A DNA stretch of 64,000 nt from an uncultured Verrucomicrobiae bacterium (GTDB lineage Bacteria; Verrucomicrobiota; Verrucomicrobiia; Limisphaerales; Palsa-1400): the NCBI GenBank assembly GCA_963764165.1, contig CAVXRD010000002.1:544001-608000 (forward strand), read 5' to 3'. A program made the position numbers and the translations under genes. The notes beneath the pieces are model-generated. The model had not been told where the DNA came from, did not search any database, and saw nothing but the letters and a program-made list of their open reading frames with translations. Of this stretch, positions 9,546-18,771 are shown piece after piece; the first letter of the stretch is position 1, and each line of letters opens with the position of its first letter.

Positions 9546-10889
9546 TTAACTTCGCGCAAAAAGCATGAACGTCACTTCCGCTTCGCTGACGACTTCGCCG
9601 TTCACAAGACATGTGCCCTTCGCCTTGCCGATTTTCCCCCGCGATTTCGTCAACTCCACGTCGATATGCATCGTGTCGCCCGGCCGCACCGGCTTGCGCC
9701 AGCGGACGCTTTCAGCGGACATGAAGTAAGCCAGCTTGCCGAAGTTTTCGGCCTGGCGAAGCATCATCACTCCGGCCACCTGCGCAATCGCCTCCAGTTG
9801 CAGCACGCCCGGCATGATCGGCTGGTTCGGAAAATGCCCCTGAAAAAACGGCTCATTGATCGTCACGTTTTTCACACCAACGATTTTATTGCCATCAATC
9901 TTAATGATCTTGTCCACCATCAGGAACGGATAGCGGTGCGGCAAAACCTTCATCAAACGATCCGTGTCCAATTCCTCACCGTCGCGAATGACCACTGGTT
10001 CTCCGGGCGCGGATGGCGGCGGCGGTGGCGGCACAAAACTTTGCGCCGCTTCGATTGGCTTGCGCCTCTGGGCGGCAATCTGCCGGGCCACCTCGCAATT
10101 GGCCGCGTGGCTCGGTTTCACCGCCACGATGTGCGCCGCGATGGGGCAGCCGATCAGCGAAAGATCGCCGATGATGTCCAAAATCTTGTGCCGGACAAAC
10201 TCCTCCGGATAGCGCAATGGCTCGGTGGTCAGGATGGCATCATCCCGGATGACCACGGCGTTTTCCAGGCTGCCGCCTTTAATCAAGCCGCTTTTGATGA
10301 GGTATTCAATTTCCTCGAAGAAACAAAACGTCCGCGCGCTGGCCAAGTCACGCTCCCACGTCTCCGGCGTCACTTCGACGCTGAAAAACTGGGTGAAGCG
10401 GCCTTTGGAATCCGCGCTTGTGCAGGTGATTTTGAACGCTTCGTGCGGAAATACAGAAATCGTCGTGTCGTCCTTCTGAAAATAAATGGGCGACGTGACC
10501 TTGAACACTTCGCGCGGTTCGTCCTGCGCGGCAACACCGGCCGACTCGATCATCTTGACGTATTCCTGCGCGCTGCCATCGCCGATCGGCGGTTCATTGG
10601 CGTCCAATTCCACAATGGCGTTATCAACACCTCGTCCGGCAAAAGCGGCCAGAACGTGTTCAACGGTGAGGATTTTGGCATTACCCTTGGAAATGGCGGT
10701 GGAACGGTTGGTGGCGGAAACATTGCCAACGCAGGCTTCAATTTCCGGCTTTCCCTCCAGATCCACGCGCCGAAACCGAATCCCGGAATTAGGCGGAGCC
10801 GGCAGGAAGGTCATATTGACCCGGTTGCCGCTATGGAGTCCTATTCCCGCGAAACTCGCCGACTGCCGCAGAGTCTGTTGATGTAACAC
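9546..10889 (-). CDS. lpxC: Bifunctional UDP-3-O-acyl-GlcNAc deacetylase / 3-hydroxyacyl-ACP dehydratase (LpxC-FabZ fusion)
   Basis: GIGLHSG, TVEHVLAA, ARTFCF, RHKILDIIGDL (LpxC) followed by LPHRYPFLMVD, FFQGHFP, MPGVLQLEA (FabZ); GTG start at 10889. Confidence 0.95.
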   Translation of the reverse strand: MLHQQTLRQSASFAGIGLHSGNRVNMTFLPAPPNSGIRFRRVDLEGKPEIEACVGNVSATNRSTAISKGNAKILTVEHVLAAFAGRGVDNAIVELDANEPPIGDGSAQEYVKMIESAGVAAQDEPREVFKVTSPIYFQKDDTTISVFPHEAFKITCTSADSKGRFTQFFSVEVTPETWERDLASARTFCFFEEIEYLIKSGLIKGGSLENAVVIRDDAILTTEPLRYPEEFVRHKILDIIGDLSLIGCPIAAHIVAVKPSHAANCEVARQIAAQRRKPIEAAQSFVPPPPPPSAPGEPVVIRDGEELDTDRLMKVLPHRYPFLMVDKIIKIDGNKIVGVKNVTINEPFFQGHFPNQPIMPGVLQLEAIAQVAGVMMLRQAENFGKLAYFMSAESVRWRKPVRPGDTMHIDVELTKSRGKIGKAKGTCLVNGEVVSEAEVTFMLFARS

Positions 10890-11064
10890 CGCTGCATTTA
10901 GCCAACCCCGGCCCGGAAAGCCAATACGATTTTGCAGCCCATTCGAAGGACTACGGCGACCCGCTGCCGGTTTGCCCCGCGCCCGTTGACACCCCAAAGA
11001 GCGTCAATCATTCAGAGCAGAAGCCCAGTGTTCCAGCGCGCAGCGATAGCGATAGCCAGCCCAG

Positions 11065-11219
11065 CAATCCTGAAAGGATTGAATCATTCAGCCCACGGTT
11101 GGCCGATTCAGAGAGGCCTGCCCTGGGTAACGGCGTTCGAAGCCCACAACCCTGAAAGGGTTGAATCAGTCCCACAGATACCGTTCGTCCAACGCGATTT
11201 CGTGCCGCTGCAACACCGT
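11065..11219 (-). mobile_element. Relic of an IS200/IS605-type (Y1) transposase 3' end with flanking hairpin repeats
   Basis: Minus strand 11219-11166 reads TVLQRHEIALDERYLWD*; two hairpins CAA(T/C)CCTGAAAGG(A/G)TTGAATC at 11065 and 11147. Confidence 0.6.
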
Positions 11220-11620
11220 GACCCCTTTGACGTCGACGGCGCCACTCGCACCTTGCCAAGCGTGTCAAGGCGCTGGGCAATAAAGCCCGCAAAGGGTTCA
11301 ACGATATGGCCGAAGATCGAAGATCGACATTCGGCGGGCGCCGCGGATTCGACACCCCCGGGCGTTTTGGGACGCTTTGGCGCCGCATCTGTCGCGCATC
11401 GAGATGGACGACACGCAATGGAGTTTTCGGCGGGACGCCGAAGACGGCGGTCGGGACGACCGCGCTCCCCTAATCTGTCTCACGCCCCACCCCAGACGGT
11501 TTGGCCGCTTTTATCTTGATGCGCGGCCCATGGCGGGCTACCCTGCTCAGCTATTAACCGTGGCAGATCTCATGCGACCCGTTCATCCGTGTTTCTGCCG
11601 GTTTGCCGCGCCAAATCATC

Positions 11621-14600
11621 ATGAGAGCCTTTCTGTTTCGGAAGACCCCCGCCGCCTTTTTCGCTTCTTTGTTTTGGGCTTTTGCCATGGCCACGGTGAA
11701 TGAACAAGCCGAGCCTGTTCTCGGCCCTGCCCCGTCGATGGCGCTTCCAGCCGCCGCGCCTGCCATGGCGAAGCCCGGCGCAACCACCCCTCGCAAGGAT
11801 GACGCCAATGGAAATGTGGTGTTCACGGTCAACGGTAATTCGCGCGAAGAGGTTAGGGAATTCTACAACGGGGTTTATCTGGCATCCGAAAATGTGCCGA
11901 TGGAGTCCACGGCAAATGACGCCAACTGCTTTCCCGGCACAAATTCCGCGGCTTTTCAAGATTCAATTCAATGGCGAATCAACTGGTTCCGCGCCTTGGC
12001 GGGAATCCCGGCGGACATCACGTTTTCCGATTCGGAAGCAACCAACTGCCAGTCCGCGGCGCTGATGCTATCTGTCAATAATATGCTGGCGCACTCAGGC
12101 GTGCCTTTAACCTGGTCTTGCTTTGCGACGAATGGAACGAACGCCCTGTCTGCATCCAATATCGCGCTTGGCCTCAATGGACCGGATGCCATCACTGGAT
12201 ACGTGTGGGATTACGGGATGGAGAATTACTTCGTCGGGCATCGGAGGTTTATTTTGTATCCGCAAACGCAGGTCATGGCCACTGGCGATGTTCCGGCTCA
12301 GGACGGCCACTTGCCCGCCAACGACACGTTCGTCATTGATTCCAATTACGGCGGGCCTCGGCCTGCCACCACGCATCCCTTCGTCGCCTGGCCACCGCCC
12401 GGCTACGTCCCCTATCAGGTCGTCTTTCCCCAATGGTCGTTCGCCATGGGGACGCCTGCGGATATCGCCCTGGCGGAGATCACGATGCTCAGCAACGGAG
12501 TGCCGATGGCTGTCCAGACACAGCGGTTTTCCGGCGATGACGGCGAGGACACGATCGTCTGGTATCCAGCGGGCTTGGATTATACGAGCTACAATGCGCG
12601 CTTCCCGTTCGATGGAAATGATACGGTTTACACAATTTCGATCTCCAACATTATCGAGCAGTCGGGCACGGTTTCTGTCACTTATTGCGTTACCAATTTT
12701 GATCCCGCCGTGCCGGGGCCGGACTATGTCCCGCCTGCGGTGACGGGCCCGGCTGTTGTCGCCACGAACCTGTCAAACAATTACTCCGTCACGCCGTCCG
12801 CCAATCCAAACACGACGGGTTATCAATGGCTGGTTGCTTCCCTGGTCAGCGGCAATCTCACGGACAATGCCACCAGCGGATTGAAGAATTTTACCATGTC
12901 GCCGGCGCCGTTGGCCTCCGTGATCTCGAATGCGCCGGTTGGCTCGGGAAAATGCTTTCATTTGACCCATCATGCGGACACCGCGCAACTGCTTGAATTC
13001 AACGAGACTGTTTTTCCGGCCACGAATACGACCCTGAAATTCCAGAGCTATCTGGGACTGTCAACCGCCAGCGAAGTCGCGCGCGTGCAGGTCTCGACCG
13101 ACGCGGGAAAAACGTGGACCGACATTTTCACGCAGGCCGGCCCGTCGGGCCAGTCTTCTTTCTCTTCCAAGACGTTGTCGCTGGCAAAGTACGCGGGCGA
13201 AATGACGCAAGTGCGCTTCAATTACGATTATATTGGCAGCGGCTCGTATTACTCGCAGACCGCGCCCGGCTTCGGATGGTCTATTCAAAATATCGCGCTG
13301 GCGAATGCCGGCCAATTGGTTGACAGCACGACGAACTATGCCACCTCCCCGCAGTTCACCTTCGTGCCGACCCAGCCGGGCAGTTGGGCGCTCTTGGCTC
13401 GGCCGGTGATTTTTGGGCTGTTTGGCCTCAATTGGTCGGCGGCCTTGGCGGTTGAAACCCCGCCTGCCATCACGTCACAGCCGGCCAATGTCACGGTGGC
13501 CGAGGGCGGAACGGCAACTTTTCGCGTCGGACTAACCGGACCCGGCACGTTTTCCTATCAATGGCAATTCAACGGAACGAACATCCCCGCCGCCACAAAT
13601 TCCGCTTGCGCGGTGAAAAATGCGCAGTTGTTCCAAGCCGGTTCTTACGATGTCGTCGTTGCCACCGGCATCGGCGGAGCGAGTGTCACAAGCTCCATCG
13701 CCACGCTGACGGTGACGCCAACTCTCGGAAAACTCCACATCACGGGGCAGCCACAAAGCATTTCCGCGCCCATTGGAGGCGAAGCTTTCTTTAGCGTCTC
13801 GGCGATCGGAGAATCCGCCCTCAGCTATCGATGGGCCAAAAACGGGGCGAGCCTTTCTGAAGAGGGCGAATTCAGCGGCACGACAAATCCCGTCCTTGCC
13901 ATGACTGGAGTTCAGCCAAGCGACGCTGGCAGTTATAGTGTCGTTATCTCAGATGATCGCGGAACAGTGAAAAGCGCGGCGGCCGTTTTAACCGTCGAGG
14001 CGGCAATTTCTGTCGTCGTTTCGGGCAACGGCACGGTCTCCCCAAATTACGGCGGCAAAACGCTGCCAGTCGGAAAGACCTACACGATGACAGCCAAGGC
14101 CGGCCCCGGCGCCATCTTCGCCGGCTGGGGAGGCGCGGTCATCACAAACTCGGCCGCCGCTAAATTCATCGTGGAAAGCAACATGAGTTTCACCGCCACG
14201 TTTGTGACGAATCCGTTCATCCCGCTTCAAGGATCGTATTATGGGCTCTTTTGGCCGGACGGTTCGCCGCGCAATCAGACCAACTCCGGCGCGGTCACTT
14301 TGACCGTGAGCAGCCAGGGAGCGCTTTCTGGAAAATTGACCATTGGAACAAACACACCATCGCTGACCGGCCAGTTTTCTCTCGACGGTTTGGCAACCAT
14401 CGTCACGCCACGCAAGGGATCATCCACTCTGACGACGACGCTCCAGTTGAATGCGGCTGAGCAGACAATTTCCGGCGCGATCACCGACGGTTCGTTTACT
14501 TCGAGCCTTCTTGCCAACCAGCAAGTCTTCAGCACAAAACATTCGGCCATTAATTACGCGGGAAAATACACACTGGTCATTCCCGGCCAGCCGATTTCAG

Positions 14601-15238
14601 CGGACGGCCCGTTCGGGGCAAGTTTCGGAACCGCGACGGTCGCCACCAGCGGCGCGATCACTTTCAGCGGCACGCTTGCGGACGGAACCGCCGTAAGCCA
14701 ATCGAGCTACGTTTCGGAGGATGGCTATTGGCCATTATACATTCCCCTTTACAGCGGCAACGGCTCGCTCCTGAGTTGGAATTATTTCGGTCCCAGCCGC
14801 GCCGCCATTGCCGCGGCGAATGCCTTCGGGCTTTCCGCGGACGCAAGCTGGATCTGCCTCACCAACAAGATCAAAACCTCCCTCTACCGCGCGGGCTTCA
14901 CCAACGATCCAACCCCGGTATACGCCTCAACCTACGCAAGCTCGAACACGGTGAATTTGACGAACGGCCAAGTCACCTTGTTGCTGGAAAACGGATTCAC
15001 CGACACCATCCCGGTCAACATCAGCAAAGGCAAAGTCACTCTCGCGGGGGCCAACACAAACAAATTATCGTTGACGATCAGCCCCAGCACAGGCGCCATC
15101 AGCGGCACCTTCACCAATGGCTCCAAGACGCCGATAAAAATCAGCGGAATGCTCCTGCAAAGCGGCACCAACGCCGCCGGCTATTTCAGCGTCTCGAACA
15201 CGCCGGGCCTTTTTCTGCTGAGGCCGCCGTCAGAGTAA
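11621..15238 (+). CDS. Large secreted protein: CAP/SCP-like domain, Ig-like domains, divergent InlB-B-type repeat
   Basis: Signal peptide; WRINWFRALAG...AALMLS...HS...GHRRFILYP (CAP-like); PAITSQP..YQWQFNG..GSYDVVV Ig repeats. Confidence 0.75.
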   Translation: MRAFLFRKTPAAFFASLFWAFAMATVNEQAEPVLGPAPSMALPAAAPAMAKPGATTPRKDDANGNVVFTVNGNSREEVREFYNGVYLASENVPMESTANDANCFPGTNSAAFQDSIQWRINWFRALAGIPADITFSDSEATNCQSAALMLSVNNMLAHSGVPLTWSCFATNGTNALSASNIALGLNGPDAITGYVWDYGMENYFVGHRRFILYPQTQVMATGDVPAQDGHLPANDTFVIDSNYGGPRPATTHPFVAWPPPGYVPYQVVFPQWSFAMGTPADIALAEITMLSNGVPMAVQTQRFSGDDGEDTIVWYPAGLDYTSYNARFPFDGNDTVYTISISNIIEQSGTVSVTYCVTNFDPAVPGPDYVPPAVTGPAVVATNLSNNYSVTPSANPNTTGYQWLVASLVSGNLTDNATSGLKNFTMSPAPLASVISNAPVGSGKCFHLTHHADTAQLLEFNETVFPATNTTLKFQSYLGLSTASEVARVQVSTDAGKTWTDIFTQAGPSGQSSFSSKTLSLAKYAGEMTQVRFNYDYIGSGSYYSQTAPGFGWSIQNIALANAGQLVDSTTNYATSPQFTFVPTQPGSWALLARPVIFGLFGLNWSAALAVETPPAITSQPANVTVAEGGTATFRVGLTGPGTFSYQWQFNGTNIPAATNSACAVKNAQLFQAGSYDVVVATGIGGASVTSSIATLTVTPTLGKLHITGQPQSISAPIGGEAFFSVSAIGESALSYRWAKNGASLSEEGEFSGTTNPVLAMTGVQPSDAGSYSVVISDDRGTVKSAAAVLTVEAAISVVVSGNGTVSPNYGGKTLPVGKTYTMTAKAGPGAIFAGWGGAVITNSAAAKFIVESNMSFTATFVTNPFIPLQGSYYGLFWPDGSPRNQTNSGAVTLTVSSQGALSGKLTIGTNTPSLTGQFSLDGLATIVTPRKGSSTLTTTLQLNAAEQTISGAITDGSFTSSLLANQQVFSTKHSAINYAGKYTLVIPGQPISADGPFGASFGTATVATSGAITFSGTLADGTAVSQSSYVSEDGYWPLYIPLYSGNGSLLSWNYFGPSRAAIAAANAFGLSADASWICLTNKIKTSLYRAGFTNDPTPVYASTYASSNTVNLTNGQVTLLLENGFTDTIPVNISKGKVTLAGANTNKLSLTISPSTGAISGTFTNGSKTPIKISGMLLQSGTNAAGYFSVSNTPGLFLLRPPSE

Positions 15239-15250
15239 TGGCTCGCCAGT

Positions 15251-15700
15251 CTAACTGGGGGCAGCGAGTCGGTTTCGCGCTCGCTTAATCGTTGCGTTAT
15301 ATCTGGAGAGAATAACAGTCTGCGCAATCCGCACGGGGTTCTTAAGCGAGTGCTCCCATATTCGGATAACGCGCCAGCCGCGTTTCCGGAGAATTTTGCC
15401 CACCGCCACATCGCGCGCTTTATTCCTGCGAATTTTTGGAAGCCAATACTCCTTTCGGCTCCCAGGCATCCGGCCATGCCAGCGGCAGCCGTGCCAGAAA
15501 CAGCCATCCACGAAGACCGCCATGCGCTCTTTCGGGAATACAAAATCGGGCCGTCCGGGAACACGCTGATTCCGGCGCCATCCCGTAATGCCGCTGGCTC
15601 TGAAAATGGCGGCCAGCTTCACTTCCGTGCTTTTGTTGTTGGTCGACCTAATGGCCGCCATCACGCGCGACCGCTTCTCCACTGTGAACACATCTGGCAC
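15251..15700 (-). CDS. vsr: Very-short-patch repair endonuclease
   Basis: DVFTVEKRSRVMAAIRS, PGRPDFVF, FVDGCFWHGC, GWRVIRIWEH; GTG start at 15700. Confidence 0.9.
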   Translation of the reverse strand: MPDVFTVEKRSRVMAAIRSTNNKSTEVKLAAIFRASGITGWRRNQRVPGRPDFVFPKERMAVFVDGCFWHGCRWHGRMPGSRKEYWLPKIRRNKARDVAVGKILRKRGWRVIRIWEHSLKNPVRIAQTVILSRYNATIKRARNRLAAPS

Positions 15701-16073
15701 GGAAAGATGTTTACACCACCTCCCGGCCGCATAAAACCGGAAAGAACCCCAATTATTGGCAAGGGCACAAATCAGATTTTGCAAACTGATTTTCGCCCCT
15801 CCATGCCGTCGGCTCAGATTTTGTTTGCTTGGATTTGATTCGCTCCTGCGACAAATGCTCCTCAACAAAGGACTCCCCGGAAGGTGGTTAATCAACTTTC
15901 AAACCAGGCCAGACAGCGCTGGCACACCGTGGCATCGGCTCGGCGCAGCGAGCCGGCCCGGCCAAAAGCTGCTGTCCGCCCTGTTGGCGAATTTGGGCGG
16001 GGCAGGCTCATGTTTTTGAGCCATGCCCCACTAAATCGTGCAAAAATGCATTTTTTTGTGAAAAAAGCGGCCA

Positions 16074-16119
16074 AAAAACCTCTGGTAGGTTTTCTGTTTG
16101 CCTCCGCGCCTGCCAAAGT
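16074..16119 (+). promoter_or_regulatory. Dyad AAAACCT-N5-AGGTTTT plus TG-extended -10-like element upstream of the phage-like operon
   Basis: AAAAACCTCTGGTAGGTTTTCTG-N14-TGCCAAAGT; second copy at 29617-29662. Confidence 0.65.
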
Positions 16120-16196
16120 CGTGGCGCATGAGACGACTTAACAGTGTGTCCGGCGCCAAAACGCCCGACTTAGCCAGCCAATAAAATCACCATTCT

Positions 16197-16403
16197 ATGA
16201 AGAAAAAATTCGCGTCTATCCTCGCTGCGGCGGCGTTCGCCACCGCGGGCTGCAAAAATCCACTCGCCATTTCGGGCGACTACGCCACGCCAAAACAAAC
16301 GATCAGCGGCGGCGTCACAACAACCACCAACAGCGTCATTGTGACGGGTGGATACTCAACAACCAATCAAACCATCGGCGGTTCCGTCACCGTTGGAAAA
16401 TAG
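16197..16403 (+). CDS. Small lipoprotein
   Basis: MKKKFASILAAAAFATAGC lipobox-like; Thr/Gly-rich beta strands. Confidence 0.75.
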   Translation: MKKKFASILAAAAFATAGCKNPLAISGDYATPKQTISGGVTTTTNSVIVTGGYSTTNQTIGGSVTVGK

Positions 16404-16412
16404 GAAAACGAT

Positions 16413-16778
16413 ATGCGAAAACTATTATTCCAAGCCTTGTTGCCAAGTTCCTTGTTTCTCCAGGCTTGCGCTTGTCCGCACCGCAAGGCGGTTTCGTCGC
16501 ATGAGGTCGAGACCTACGCCGGGCGCGTGGACGGATTGGTCCGCCGCGAAACCTGGCGCGATTCCGAACAGGGGGGCGGGCAATTCGTCTTCACCGATCC
16601 ATCGGCGGCGCAACTGTTCGCCTCGCACACCAACCAATCGGCCCTCGGCGGCGGCTCCGTCTTCAGCGCGGGCGCGGTCGCCGTCGCGGTCGACACCAAC
16701 ACGCCGGCCATCATCGGCGCAGCGGGAACGGCAGTCGGAAATGTCATCGGCGCGGCGGCCAAGACCTCTGTCAAATAG
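16413..16778 (+). CDS. Probable lipoprotein with hydrophobic Gly/Ala C-terminal helix
   Basis: MRKLLFQALLPSSLFLQACAC; C-terminal IIGAAGTAVGNVIGAAAK. Confidence 0.7.
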   Translation: MRKLLFQALLPSSLFLQACACPHRKAVSSHEVETYAGRVDGLVRRETWRDSEQGGGQFVFTDPSAAQLFASHTNQSALGGGSVFSAGAVAVAVDTNTPAIIGAAGTAVGNVIGAAAKTSVK

Positions 16779-16782
16779 ATCC

Positions 16783-17592
16783 ATGAATACCCCATCCCCC
16801 AATCAATTCGATCCCCACAACGCCCGCGCGCTGTGTCTCGCCAGCGCTGAGGCTTATAATGCTGACGCGACTCCTCCCGAATCTTCCCTGCGATGCGAGG
16901 CCGCGGACACTCATGTTTGCATCCAGCGCCGCACCTCTTTCTCCGAGAGCGACGGCGGCGAAATGACCATCGCGTTTCGCGGCACCGCCGATTGGCGCAA
17001 CGCCCTGACCGATATGGATTGCAAGCTCATCCACGCCGGCGGCTATCGCGTCCACCGCGGTTTCCACCAGGCCGTCGAAGCCATCGACGCCAGCCTCACG
17101 GCTGCGCTGGGCGACGTTTCGGGCATGCGCCTGTGGGTCACCGGGCATTCCCTCGGCGGCGCGCTGGCGGAATTGTGGGCGCTGCGCGCGCTCGAGCGCG
17201 GCCATGACATAGCTGGAGTTTACACCTTCGGCCAGCCGCGCGTGGGCGATGCCGCGTTCGCCGCCTATTACGATTCACTGCTCAAGCCGCGCACATTCCG
17301 CGTCGTTCACGGCGACGATGTCGTCCCGCGAATTCCGTGGCTCCTCGCCAAGTATCGCCATGCCGGGAACGAAATCTTTTACCCCCGCGCCTCTTCGGCG
17401 GCATGGATCGCAAATTGTTCGTGGTGGCGGAAATTAATGTTTGACGTTGCGGCGGTCACCGGGGACTTGCGGGCAGGCCGCATCGGAGCATTGGACAGCC
17501 ATCACATCAGCAACTATCTCGCGCTCTTTTTCGAAACAGCGCCGTCCCGAACCTCAAACCGCTCCAACTCAAATTCCCATGATATTCTCTGA
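16783..17592 (+). CDS. Lipase class 3 family protein
   Basis: IAFRGT, VHRGF, VTGHSLGGALA nucleophile elbow, YTFGQPRVGD, DVVPRIP, C-terminal HHISNY; ATG at 16783. Confidence 0.9.
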   Translation: MNTPSPNQFDPHNARALCLASAEAYNADATPPESSLRCEAADTHVCIQRRTSFSESDGGEMTIAFRGTADWRNALTDMDCKLIHAGGYRVHRGFHQAVEAIDASLTAALGDVSGMRLWVTGHSLGGALAELWALRALERGHDIAGVYTFGQPRVGDAAFAAYYDSLLKPRTFRVVHGDDVVPRIPWLLAKYRHAGNEIFYPRASSAAWIANCSWWRKLMFDVAAVTGDLRAGRIGALDSHHISNYLALFFETAPSRTSNRSNSNSHDIL

Positions 17593-18004
17593 CATCTCCA
17601 ACGCTGAACTCGGCGCGTGGGTTTACGCCCTCGCGACCGTCATCCAAATCGTGAGCACCATCGCGATTCTCATCACCATTAATTCCAAGCAAAAACGGGA
17701 AATCAGTTTTGCGGGGGAAACAGTGGAGCGGAAGGAATTCGACAAGCATGTGGCCGAGAATTCCCTCGTTCACCAGCAGCTCTTTGCCAAAATCGGCGGC
17801 GTCGAGCGTGGGCTGGAATCGCGCCTCGCTTCCCGCATGGACAAATTCGAAACCGAAAGCGAGGACTCCCGCCGTTTGTTTCATCGCGACATCAGCGCCA
17901 TCGGCAACGACGTCGCCGCCCTCAAGAAGGAAGCCGAATTGGCCAACCAGCGTTCGCTCCAGATGGACGCGAAGATCGACCGCCTCATTGAACGCCCGAA
18001 ATAG
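17579..18004 (+). CDS. N-terminal TM + coiled-coil protein (Mu gp25-like / lysis-cassette type)
   Basis: One TM (AWVYALATVIQIVSTIAILITI) then heptad-rich helix ending MDAKIDRLIER; position before gp26/gp27/terminase. Confidence 0.6.
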   Translation: MIFSDISNAELGAWVYALATVIQIVSTIAILITINSKQKREISFAGETVERKEFDKHVAENSLVHQQLFAKIGGVERGLESRLASRMDKFETESEDSRRLFHRDISAIGNDVAALKKEAELANQRSLQMDAKIDRLIERPK

Positions 18005-18016
18005 AAGAATCCCACC

Positions 18017-18289
18017 ATGATACCCACCGACAAAATCGAACTCTTCGACAACGCCCTGCTGAAAATTCTCGAGGCCAACAATACGCCTTGGGGTTTGCAA
18101 TCGGCGGCCTTGTGCATGTTTGCCCGCGAATTTGGTTTCGCGCCCTCCGCGCCGGAAGCCGTCCCGCGCCTTGAGTATTTGACAGCCAAAGGAATGGCGC
18201 AGGAAGTTTCCAAGCAATTGAGCAAGGCCAATCGCGCCTGGAAAATCACGGACGCCGGACGCCGCTACCTCGACGAACAAGGACTCTGA
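18017..18289 (+). CDS. Small winged-helix protein (Mu gp26-like)
   Basis: RLEYLTAKGM...WKITDAGRRYL wHTH tail; synteny with the terminase genes. Confidence 0.6.
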   Translation: MIPTDKIELFDNALLKILEANNTPWGLQSAALCMFAREFGFAPSAPEAVPRLEYLTAKGMAQEVSKQLSKANRAWKITDAGRRYLDEQGL

Positions 18290-18294
18290 ACCAT

Positions 18295-18771
18295 ATGAGA
18301 ACCAACGACGAACTATCAGCCCTCAACGCCCTGCCCGCGCCGCAGCAACAGGAAATTCTCGAATTTCTGGAGGGTGGCGAGAATAAACCGGGGCGCTCCG
18401 CCGGCGAATGCGCCGAATGGCTTGCGGAGCGCGGCATCGCTGCAAACGTCGAAGCCATCCAGCGTTGGCAAACGCGGCAACTGCATCGCATTCGCATGGA
18501 ATGGTGCGAATCGATGACCGCCATCGCAATTGAAGACGCCCGCCGCCCGAACCACGTTTATTCAGACGAGGAGCTGCTGAGCATCGGCATCCGCCTTTTC
18601 AACGCGCTCGTCGTAAAAACGTGCCGGCACGAAAACCTCACACGAAATCAAACCGCGGAAATCCGGCGGCAAGCAATGATCCGCCTCGAGCACGAACTCG
18701 TCACGGAACTGGAGAAGTTCGCCGCAGCCAATTCTCATTCATCCCCTCCCTCCCATCCCTCGCATCTATGA
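18295..18771 (+). CDS. Mu gp27/DUF3486-like putative small terminase
   Basis: SALNALPAPQQQEILEFL...ECAEWLAERGI...AIQRW HTH pattern; ATGA-coupled to the terminase gene. Confidence 0.65.
   Translation: MRTNDELSALNALPAPQQQEILEFLEGGENKPGRSAGECAEWLAERGIAANVEAIQRWQTRQLHRIRMEWCESMTAIAIEDARRPNHVYSDEELLSIGIRLFNALVVKTCRHENLTRNQTAEIRRQAMIRLEHELVTELEKFAAANSHSSPPSHPSHL

Noticed and set aside
9666..10886. Long antisense/alternate-frame ORFs (also 23940-24929, 25872-27050, 27676-28758, 34390-35325 and similar)
   Set aside because: Shadows of well-supported genes in GC-rich DNA with no recognisable motifs.
9546..10889. LpxC-FabZ fusion as a novelty
   Set aside because: Known fusion in several phyla.
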